From assembly GCA_016932855.1 (NCBI GenBank), contig JAFGCB010000023.1, forward strand, positions 4,825-68,824: 64,000 bases of DNA, written 5' to 3'. Shown here piece after piece: positions 8,471 through 17,000 of this stretch. The notes below the pieces were generated by a model. It did not search any database and was not told the DNA's origin. It saw only the letters and a list, made by a program, of their open reading frames with translations. The first letter of the stretch is position 1. The number at the start of each line of letters is the position of its first letter. Origin of the DNA: Candidatus Omnitrophota bacterium (GTDB taxonomy: Bacteria; Omnitrophota; Gorgyraeia; Duberdicusellales; Duberdicusellaceae). The position numbers and the translations under genes are program-made.

Positions 8471-9980
8471 TGCGGATATCATATGCTTTAGCCGCGGTGA
8501 GGCCGATCGTTCGAATGATAAAAATAGCAACGATCGAGGTCACAATTGGAATACAAACATCAAGAATTCTCATCCATAATAAGGTGTCCGCTGCTTGGGC
8601 AATGCCAAGCTCCTGTTTAAAGCCAGTCCATACCAGGAGTGCCCCACCGATTAATGAAGCGAGAGCTAATCCCAGTTTGACCGTCCACCAGTAAACCGCA
8701 CTGAATATTCCTTCCCGGCGTTCACCAGTTTTGAGTTCATCAATATCACAGACATCAGCCACCATTGAAAGGATTATCGTGAAGAGAGATCCCAGGCCAA
8801 ATACAATAAACGGTGCGCAGGCTAAAAGTAAATAATGCTCCCTGACTACTAACGCACAAATCTTTAAAAAGTTGAAAAAACCATGGCCGTCAAACAATTG
8901 CCATAGTTCGCTATTGGCGGGGTGGGTTTGATTGTATCCGACCCACTTCATTGCATAACCGATAATCGAAATGGGAATGGTGACAAAAAAAGCATTGCGT
9001 TTCCCCAGCTTCTTTGAAAGCCACGGGATTCCGGAAACGATACAAACAGTACAAATCGCGCTAAACGTTCCGTAGATACCGAGCAATTTTCCTCCTGCGG
9101 CATAAGCGACATCCGTTGAAGGGGCATTCTGAAAAACATAAAAGAAGATCACGAAAGCAATAAAAGTTGAACTTAACATAAACCCGTTGAAGATCAAAAA
9201 TGTTACCGCGCAGATCTTAACAAAAAGTTTATTTTTAAAAGTAGTAACAATACCTTTAAATAAATTTTTTACAGGGTTCTTTCTTTCGGGTTTGGGCAAA
9301 TCAGCAAAATGCTCTTTGTTAAAAATCGCAGGCAAAATACCGCAGCCGATAATCACCAATCCGATAATAATCGAGACAATCCGTGCGCCAAGAACAGGAT
9401 CCGCGTTTCCTGTCTCAGGATCTTTAAAACTGTACATAATCGCCCAGCACCAAGGAGCAAGCAACCAGGGCACTTGCGCAAAAACTCTGCTCCAACTTTG
9501 CAGGCTCGTACGTTCATGGTGGTCCGGCGTCATTTCATAGCCGAGTGCGATCCAGGGAATCGAGTAACAGGTAAAAGCAACGAAGAAGATAATCTGAAAT
9601 ATTAAAAAATACCAGCTATTAAAAGTAGGGCCGTTGTGCCGGTAAAGCTGAAACATTAATGCATAGCAAATTCCCGCACCAATCGCGCCAAAAAAGATAA
9701 ACGGCCTACGGCGTCCGTATCGGGTGCGCGTATTATCTGAACTGTAGCCGACAATCGGATCTAAAATCGCATCAAAAATACGCGGAATACATCCGATCAG
9801 GCCCACCCAAAGCGGGTTAATGCCTAAACCAAGAATTAAAATAATCACCATCTGCCCGATCCAGGCAGCTTGGCTGTCATTACCCAACGATCCCATACTG
9901 TAGATGAATTTCTGAAAAATCGGAATTCGGTCTTTCTGGGCTGTTATATGGTGGGTTGATTTTTCCTTTGCCTGTTCCAC
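8361..9980 (-). CDS. MFS transporter, glycoside-pentoside-hexuronide (GPH):cation symporter family, with C-terminal Arg/Glu-repeat tail
   Basis: GPH signature DAILDPIVGYSSDNTRTRYGRRRPFIF. About 12 hydrophobic helices. C-terminus QVERRREERRKEERRTIERRGEERRGEERRGEEKS is encoded by a 15-nt periodic polypyrimidine tract. Confidence 0.8.
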   Translation of the reverse strand: MEQAKEKSTHHITAQKDRIPIFQKFIYSMGSLGNDSQAAWIGQMVIILILGLGINPLWVGLIGCIPRIFDAILDPIVGYSSDNTRTRYGRRRPFIFFGAIGAGICYALMFQLYRHNGPTFNSWYFLIFQIIFFVAFTCYSIPWIALGYEMTPDHHERTSLQSWSRVFAQVPWLLAPWCWAIMYSFKDPETGNADPVLGARIVSIIIGLVIIGCGILPAIFNKEHFADLPKPERKNPVKNLFKGIVTTFKNKLFVKICAVTFLIFNGFMLSSTFIAFVIFFYVFQNAPSTDVAYAAGGKLLGIYGTFSAICTVCIVSGIPWLSKKLGKRNAFFVTIPISIIGYAMKWVGYNQTHPANSELWQLFDGHGFFNFLKICALVVREHYLLLACAPFIVFGLGSLFTIILSMVADVCDIDELKTGERREGIFSAVYWWTVKLGLALASLIGGALLVWTGFKQELGIAQAADTLLWMRILDVCIPIVTSIVAIFIIRTIGLTAAKAYDIRMQVERRREERRKEERRTIERRGEERRGEERRGEEKS

Positions 9981-10147
9981 TAATTAGCTCCTTACTAATT
10001 CTAAAGTAAATAGTATTTTACTAATCAATGATAATGCGCATATTATAACAGAAAAAGCTATTGGCACAATATCATTTTCAAAACCCCTCATATGATTCAA
10101 TACTGAATTTACGGGCCTGCCTTAAGACAGGCCTTCTTATTCACAAA

Positions 10148-10981
10148 TCACCCTAACAATACTTCGGCGGTTAAACCTTTAATGATGAATTTCTGCATAA
10201 ACAAATATATGAAAACTATCGGGATTATAGTAATAGTTATACCGGCCATAAGAACAGGATATTCGGTAAAATGCGCCCCCTGAAAAACCATAAGCCCTTT
10301 CTGCAAAGGCATAATACTCTTTGACTGAAGGATTATTAAAGCCAGGATATACTCATTCCAGACATTCAAAGTATTAAAAATAGTTACTACTGCTATTGCC
10401 GGCTTGGCCATTGGGAGGGCTACGTTCCACCAAATCCTTAGCCTTCCGCAACCGTCGATTCTGGCTGAATCTTCAAGATCACGCGGCAGCTTATCAAAAA
10501 ATGTTTTAAGAAGATATATGCTTAGGGCCAAGCCTACGTTTATCATCGAAAAGATGTAGCCGGTACGGGTATTAGCCAAGCCTAATTTTACCAACAAAAC
10601 ATACAAAGGAACAAAACTTCCCGGGAGAGGTATCATCATTGCCGCTAAAAACATGTAAAAGATAAAATTCTTACCCGGAAACTTAAGACGGGAAAAAGCA
10701 TAGGCAGCCAAAGAAGAAATAAAAACAATCCCAAAAACTACGCTTAGAGCATACAGGACGCTATTGAAGAAATACATGGAAAAGTTTCCTTTAGTCCAGG
10801 CAATATAGAAATTACTCCAGCAAGGGCTATTTACCAAAAGACTCATATCTTTAAATACTGTCTGCTGGGTCTTTAAGGCTGATGCCAGCATCCACAATAA
10901 AGGAAAAATACAGATTAGACCTACGAAAATCAAAAAGGAATGGATTACGGTATTTATAAATATTTTATTTAATCTATTCAT
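10148..10981 (-). CDS. Sugar ABC transporter permease (MalG/UgpE-like)
   Basis: Six hydrophobic segments. EAA loop EDSARIDGCGRLRIWWNVALPMAKP. 1-nt overlap with the upstream permease gene. Confidence 0.85.
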   Translation of the reverse strand: MNRLNKIFINTVIHSFLIFVGLICIFPLLWMLASALKTQQTVFKDMSLLVNSPCWSNFYIAWTKGNFSMYFFNSVLYALSVVFGIVFISSLAAYAFSRLKFPGKNFIFYMFLAAMMIPLPGSFVPLYVLLVKLGLANTRTGYIFSMINVGLALSIYLLKTFFDKLPRDLEDSARIDGCGRLRIWWNVALPMAKPAIAVVTIFNTLNVWNEYILALIILQSKSIMPLQKGLMVFQGAHFTEYPVLMAGITITIIPIVFIYLFMQKFIIKGLTAEVLLG

Positions 10982-11865
10982 CAGGCTTGTTTAAAAAATT
11001 TAGAAACTCTGTTAAGCATAAAAGATATACAGACCAGGATAAAACCAAAAATAAGCGCCTGACAACAGGCATAGCCGAAGCGTCTGTACTTTATCATGGA
11101 AAATAAAATTCTTATAACCGGCACTTCCGTATGTCCTGCCGGGCCTCCTCTGGTCATGGCTAAGATAAGGGCAAACCCTTGCATTGTGCCTAAGATAGTT
11201 AAGATAACCACCAGCACAAAGACAGGTATCATCATCGGGACTGTAACATTAGTAAATCTTTTTAAGGCATCTGCGCCGTCAACAGTTGCGGCTTCATAGA
11301 GCTGGCGGGGAATAGTCTGTAAGCCCGCCAAAAGAATAATAAAAGCCCATCCGAATCCTTTCCAGCAATGAACTAAAGCTATGGCCGTAAGGGCGGTTGA
11401 GCTGTCGGAAAGCCAATCCCGGGCAAGATACCCTAAGCCTACCATAGAAAGCCAGTGGTTTAAAAGCCCGAAATCTCCGTTATAGATCCATTTCCAGACT
11501 AAACCTACGACTATCTCGGAAAGAATCGGGGGAAGAAAAAATATAACCCGGTACACCGAGCCGGCACGTATTGCCCGGTCACAGGCTAAAGCCAGCAATA
11601 AAGCTAAGAAATTCTGAAAAGTAAGAGCCCATAAGGTTATGTAGCCGGCTTGAGCCATGGAAGACCACCAGGCTTTGTCGTCAAAGATGACCTCCTTAAA
11701 GTGGGCAAAGCCTACGAACTTCATGGTCGGATCTATCCCGTTCCAGGAATGCATGCTTAAATTAAAGACCTTAAAGAAAGGGTAGATATAGAACACCGAG
11801 AAGATAATAAGCGCGGGTAATACGAATAAGAAATTTGTAAACTCTCTTGTGCCTTTTTTCATCAA
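10981..11865 (-). CDS. Sugar ABC transporter permease (MalF/UgpA-like)
   Basis: EAA loop YEAATVDGADALKRFTNVTVPMM. Multi-TM. 4-nt overlap with the substrate-binding protein gene. Confidence 0.85.
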   Translation of the reverse strand: MMKKGTREFTNFLFVLPALIIFSVFYIYPFFKVFNLSMHSWNGIDPTMKFVGFAHFKEVIFDDKAWWSSMAQAGYITLWALTFQNFLALLLALACDRAIRAGSVYRVIFFLPPILSEIVVGLVWKWIYNGDFGLLNHWLSMVGLGYLARDWLSDSSTALTAIALVHCWKGFGWAFIILLAGLQTIPRQLYEAATVDGADALKRFTNVTVPMMIPVFVLVVILTILGTMQGFALILAMTRGGPAGHTEVPVIRILFSMIKYRRFGYACCQALIFGFILVCISFMLNRVSKFFKQA

Positions 11866-13175
11866 TTCCGCCTTTGGATCTCTTTTTCCTTTATCCTCTG
11901 GACCTCTTCGACCAGCTCTTGGGCAGTCTTTTCGCCGATGATTATACTCTGGACACCTTTAGTAAAGGCCTCGATGACTGCCGGGTATTCCTGGAAAGGC
12001 CACATATTAGGATGAGTAATACTGTCGGAATCATCGGCAAACTCGGACAACTCTTTAGGTATGCCTGATAAAGCTTGCCTGTTGGAAGGCAAATTCTTAG
12101 TCTTGTTTACTAAAAATACCTGCTGTTCTTTATCAGTAAGCCACTTAAGAAACTCTACCGCCTCTTTCGAAAGAAACGACCTGGCGTTTACGTAGAAAGA
12201 GCTGCCGGCTCCGCCCCAGATCTTCATTGGATATGCATCAGATGCTTCGGGAGGAAGAATAACTGAATAATCCAGCTTGGGATTCATCCCCTGGTAGACA
12301 TTAACGCACCAGCTTCCGTTAAAAGCAAAAGCGACTTTTTCATTGGCAAAAAGCTGTTCAGCGTATTTATTATCCATAGTGACCACGCCGCTGGCCAGCC
12401 CCCCGCTATCGCGCAACTCTTCAAAAAGCTTAAATACCCTAAGCCAGTCACTGTCAGTGTAGGGAGCTTCTGCCTTTATCGTCTTTATGACTTTATCTTC
12501 TCCCATAATATTAAAGGCGTAATTAGAAACCATGCAATCAATCATCCAGGTCTCGGCCCAGCCGGAAACAAGCCCCTTAATGCCTTTTTCCTTTAGGGTC
12601 TTTAAATCGGCAATGAACTCCTCCCAGGCCTGGGGAGGTCTTTGAATGCCGGCTTGCCTAAGAAGCTTATTATTGCAGACCATTTGAATATTCATCAAAT
12701 CTATAGGTATGGCATAAGTGCCCTCGGTTACGCCGAAAGCATTGTCCTTCTCAAAAGAAGTGACTGCCAGGGCACTGGTAAAAAACCGGCTTTTCCACTC
12801 AGCCTCATTCTCTTCCAAATATGGCGTAAGATCCACAACATGCCCGGCCTTGATAAAGGAAGCAACATCTATTTTTTCGCCTAAAACACCGAATATATCA
12901 GATAAAGTCTTGGCCTGGGCTGCGGCAAGTATCTTCTGGGAATAGGAATCAGGAGGGCTAAAAAGCTCAAAATTTACTTTTATCCCGGTTAAATCTTCAT
13001 ATTTTTTAGATAATTCTTCGAAAGCTTCCTGACGGTCAGTCATCCAGTGCCAGACAACTATCCGGTCCTTCTTTACAGCTTTATCTTTAGAAGCACAGCC
13101 CCCAAAAATAAGCGTAAATGCTATAAAAACGCCTAATAAAAGCCTCATTATTTCTACCCTCTTAATCTTAGACAA
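11862..13175 (-). CDS. ABC transporter extracellular solute-binding lipoprotein (carbohydrate family)
   Basis: Lipobox LIFGGCAS after the signal peptide. Size and composition fit carbohydrate ABC binding proteins. Reads as an operon with the two permeases. Confidence 0.8.
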   Translation of the reverse strand: MSKIKRVEIMRLLLGVFIAFTLIFGGCASKDKAVKKDRIVVWHWMTDRQEAFEELSKKYEDLTGIKVNFELFSPPDSYSQKILAAAQAKTLSDIFGVLGEKIDVASFIKAGHVVDLTPYLEENEAEWKSRFFTSALAVTSFEKDNAFGVTEGTYAIPIDLMNIQMVCNNKLLRQAGIQRPPQAWEEFIADLKTLKEKGIKGLVSGWAETWMIDCMVSNYAFNIMGEDKVIKTIKAEAPYTDSDWLRVFKLFEELRDSGGLASGVVTMDNKYAEQLFANEKVAFAFNGSWCVNVYQGMNPKLDYSVILPPEASDAYPMKIWGGAGSSFYVNARSFLSKEAVEFLKWLTDKEQQVFLVNKTKNLPSNRQALSGIPKELSEFADDSDSITHPNMWPFQEYPAVIEAFTKGVQSIIIGEKTAQELVEEVQRIKEKEIQRRN

Positions 13176-13179
13176 TATA

Positions 13180-13260
13180 ATATAATATGAAGTTCCTTAA
13201 TATTATATATGGCAAAAGGACTTAGATTATACCATAAAGAAAAGTGAATATTCAATACCA
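13180..13260 (-). promoter_or_regulatory. Candidate promoter/RBS region for the ABC-transporter operon
   Basis: AT-rich, with TATAAT-like hexamers (tataatataat) on the minus strand and an AGAGGG RBS just upstream of the 13175 ATG. Confidence 0.3.
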
Positions 13261-13342
13261 AAATATGGGCCTAAAAAGCCTTCTAAACCGGCTTCCAAGG
13301 CTTGAATTTCAAGGTATTTTAAGAACTTTTCCTTAAATCCTG

Positions 13343-13708
13343 TTACTCGGCCTTATCCCGGAATAACCTGGACATGCCAAAAAGTTCAGGCTTATTCAGG
13401 TCCACGCCTAATCTCCAGTCTCCGGAAAATTGCCGCTCTACCCAGGCAACTCTTCCTTCCACTGTCAAAGGCTTCTTCTGGTCGGGAAAATGAAGCCATA
13501 TACGTAAAGGCGCTGCCTCGGGTATTCCTTCTTTGCTTACTATACCCAGTCCCTGAGCGCTTATATCGCAGGTTGAAGCCTGGGTAATTCTACCGTCCAT
13601 CAGGTCTAAACACCTTACAGGAAGATTGGCCTTAAACCTCTGAAACCGCCTTCTGTCTTCTTTTTCCTCAAACGCCGCTACTGACGCCATATTTATCACC
13701 TCCTTCAA
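13343..13708 (-). CDS. PilZ-domain protein (candidate c-di-GMP effector)
   Basis: RRRFQRF (RxxxR) and DISAQGLG (D/NxSxxG) motifs with PilZ spacing. GGAGG RBS upstream. Confidence 0.7.
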   Translation of the reverse strand: MKEVINMASVAAFEEKEDRRRFQRFKANLPVRCLDLMDGRITQASTCDISAQGLGIVSKEGIPEAAPLRIWLHFPDQKKPLTVEGRVAWVERQFSGDWRLGVDLNKPELFGMSRLFRDKAE

Positions 13709-13714
13709 CGACGA

Positions 13715-13749
13715 CTAGACTTACGGAGGTCGTAGACCGACGTAAGTCT
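13715..13749 (-). promoter_or_regulatory. Second hairpin (10-bp stem) directly upstream of the PilZ RBS
   Basis: tagacttacg ..15 nt incl. ggtcgtagacc.. cgtaagtcta. On the minus strand the sequence aggagg lies immediately 3' of it, then the PilZ ATG at 13708. Confidence 0.3.
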
Positions 13750-13763
13750 ATGTCGGAGTTGAA

Positions 13764-13788
13764 CCCTTGACATCGAAGATGTCAAGGG
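13764..13788 (-). terminator. Perfect 11-bp-stem/3-nt-loop hairpin overlapping the GIY-YIG gene stop codon (candidate terminator or attenuator)
   Basis: cccttgacatc gaa gatgtcaaggg. No clear U-tract follows on the minus strand. Confidence 0.3.
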
Positions 13789-14060
13789 CTAACATAAACT
13801 GACTTAGAAAATAAATTAATCATCCTCTCTATGGTTCTCTTCCTTGTCTTTCCGCCTTTAAATTGTCTTTCTCGTCTAAGGGCCTTCGATCGCGAATCAA
13901 ACTCCTCATAATAGACTAACTCTAGAGGCCGCCTATCCTTAGTAGATAAAACCTGGCCCTTTGAATGCCTATAAAGACGCTGGGTTAAATTGTTTGTATG
14001 ACCGTAATATTTCATGCCATCAGCGCATTGTAAAATATATAAATAATAAATTGATTTCAT
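13782..14060 (-). CDS. Small GIY-YIG nuclease-domain protein
   Basis: SIYYLYILQCADGMKYYGHTNNLTQRLYRH matches the GIY..YIG..R..H core, followed by a conserved E. 92 aa. Starts 26 nt after the giant-gene stop. Confidence 0.85.
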   Translation of the reverse strand: MKSIYYLYILQCADGMKYYGHTNNLTQRLYRHSKGQVLSTKDRRPLELVYYEEFDSRSKALRRERQFKGGKTRKRTIERMINLFSKSVYVSP

Positions 14061-14086
14061 AGCAAACTATTGCGGTTTTTCTTCCT

Positions 14087-17000
14087 TTACTTCATCCCCG
14101 GCACCCTCAATTCATCTCCCGGCCGGATTAAAGCAAAAAGATATTCCCGGCCATTCCTGGTCCTCGTCTCTATTTCTATCCCGTTAGCCTCGGCAATATC
14201 TCCGAAAGTAACTCCCTCAAAACTCTGAGCAATATCCCACAGAGTATCGCCTTTATTGACTGAATATTCCCTTGTATCGTACTGCGTACCGGGTACTGCG
14301 TACCGCGTTGAATTTAATACTCCACATTCGTCACCCGGCGCCTCCCTTAAAACTGCCTCAGGGGACAACCGACTAGTGATACCCGGTACACGATCAGACG
14401 CCAACGGCGAAATGAATTCTTGTTCAGTCCCCGGCACCCGGTCCGTTGCATTCTTTACAAAACTGCTTGAATCAATTTTGTAAACTTTGGACAGGGGTGA
14501 GCTGGAAATAACATTTGCCCCGTCAGCCGGACTAAATAACTGCTTAAGTTCCCACGGCAGATCGCCAAGGATATCTTTAATTAAAGATTCATTTATCTTC
14601 AAGAATTCTTCAACTCTCGGCTTTTCTTCATTTCGAAATTTCAAATACGCTTTTGATGGAGGCCAGACTAACTGATATATATTCTCCTCTTCTAGAACAG
14701 CTAAGTAATGCGTTACTCCCAACCCACCCCATCGAGGTGAAAAACATAACTGCTCTAACTGCTTTGCTTTAAGTTGCGGATAGTCATCGCGCAATCGAAA
14801 GACATTTTTTACTTCCAGGAATTCATGTAATAATACATATAGCCAATCCGAAGGTGTAAAATAAAAGTGGTCTCTTAGATTAAAACGCATACCCACAATA
14901 TTAATTATAGTACCTTTGGAAGCATCTACGAATTTAACTTTACAAATGGCTGGACCGGCTGGTGTTTCTGATAATAAATCACTCGAACTTGTGCCTTCTT
15001 CTTCTATTCTCTTTTTCTCTTGACGAATACGCTCCCTGTAATCAAAACCGTTCTCCTTTAACCTATCTAAGGTTAAAATAATCAATTTATTTAGTATTTC
15101 TGCTGTTACTTTAATAATTATTTCTTTATCTTCAACAGCAATTGATTTTCTTGTCTGAATTTTTCTATATGCAGTAAAATAGCTGTCCCATTCTTTTTCA
15201 GAAAATTCTAATTTTTCCCAGAGGCCCAATTCTGTTAATTCCTTACGTACCACCGGCGAGCTCATGGTTCGACTACCGCTCAACACTAGCCCTGAGCTTG
15301 TCGAAGGACTTCCCCCTTTCTTTACAAATCTGCTTGAAACAGATTTGTAAACTTTAAGAGGGGAGCTGACCATATTAGAAATACGTATATAAATATCCAA
15401 AATCTTGGTAGGCACATTTTCTGTAAATCCCTTTTCTGAACTAAACAGAAAATAAGCTTGATGCAGACTGTGATCCCATAAATCTAACAACTCCAAAGTC
15501 TCCTCTTTTGCTTCACTAAAAATAACAAACCCGTATTGACTTTCAACAAGTTGTCCCGCTTTATTTTTATCTAAAAAATATTTTATGTCCGCTAAAGGAT
15601 AACCTAGAATAAACCCTTGTAATATATCGCGGTCAAACCCGGGTTGTTTATGCGAATTCAAGGCAGTAACTATAATATCTATTTTACTCTTTACCTCTTC
15701 AGATTGACGCACTCTAGCGGTAAGAAAGTCGAGTTGCCCCTTAGTAATAAGGTCGTTTTCTACCAAGAAAGAACCCTCGTATTTTAATCTCGAAATAATG
15801 TTAGGCCATAAGATAATCTCGTTATTGGTAAAAACTAACCCTAAATTCTCCTGAGCTTCCGGAATGTTGCTTATCTCGCAAGCTAACTGCACTATATCTA
15901 TATCAGGCTCATAAGTATATTTTATATATGCGGACTTCACGCCTAAAAAAACAGACAAAGCATCCGGATACAATAACTGCTGTTTAGCTTTGTCACTAAG
16001 CTTAGTGAAGGCTCTCTTAACAATTAACGACCTTTCCTGCAAGGCACTATGCGCCGGCGAGCTGATTGGTTTCTTCTCAACCGGATAAATAGAAGCGTCC
16101 CCTTTTTCACCATCTGTCATTATTTGTTCCCGTAAAGCCTGCGGGTTTAGTTTCCACCTCCTCAATTGAGCGTATAAGGACTCTTTAGATATACCCAATA
16201 TCCCGGCTGCCTGTGTAAAATTACCCTTTGCTTTAAAAATAGCCGCAAATAATCTCTGCTTTCGAAGCTCCTCTATCTTTATACCGTAATATCTTAATTT
16301 TCGATATACTTCGTTTTTGTGCCATCCCAATTCAGCAGCTACCCGGGGGATATCACACTCCATTCTGATTACAAGCTCTTTTAATTCATCTGCCTGGCTT
16401 TTTTTAGTCGGCCGGGAATTTTGAGCTTCTTCTTTTATTCCGTATTTATCTAACTTTCTATAAAAAGTCTCAATGGGCATTCCTAATATCCTTGCTGCCT
16501 TCCTAAAGTTATAATTTACATTAATAAGAGCTTTTTCAATCATCTGCCTTTCCCGTTCTTCAAGGGTATCCCATACTACAGGAACTTGCAGTTTTTGATT
16601 ATTATTTATAATTAAAATGTCTGGAATTCCGCCGGACCAGCTGTATATCTGGATCTTAAAGCTAAGTATGGTTTTTGTAACCGCGTACCAGCCTTTTGAA
16701 ATCTCTTTTATTCTACCGCTTGCGATAATTTCTAATGTCCTATCCTTACTCCTTTTATCGGCTATAAGAAAAGGTATGTTTAATAAAGCATGAAGGCACA
16801 GTCCGGAATAACATCTTATAGCTCCGGCCTCAACTGCTGCCCTTATAGCGGTACCCATACGCTGTCCGGAAAGCGCGTTCTCCCGAAAATAACCTCTCAT
16901 CTGCGGAATGGACTTATCCAACATATTCAATACCTCGGAACCCGATAGAACATCTTGGGAAGTTTTTAAAGGAAATTCTCTAAGGACCGCCTTTTTTAAC

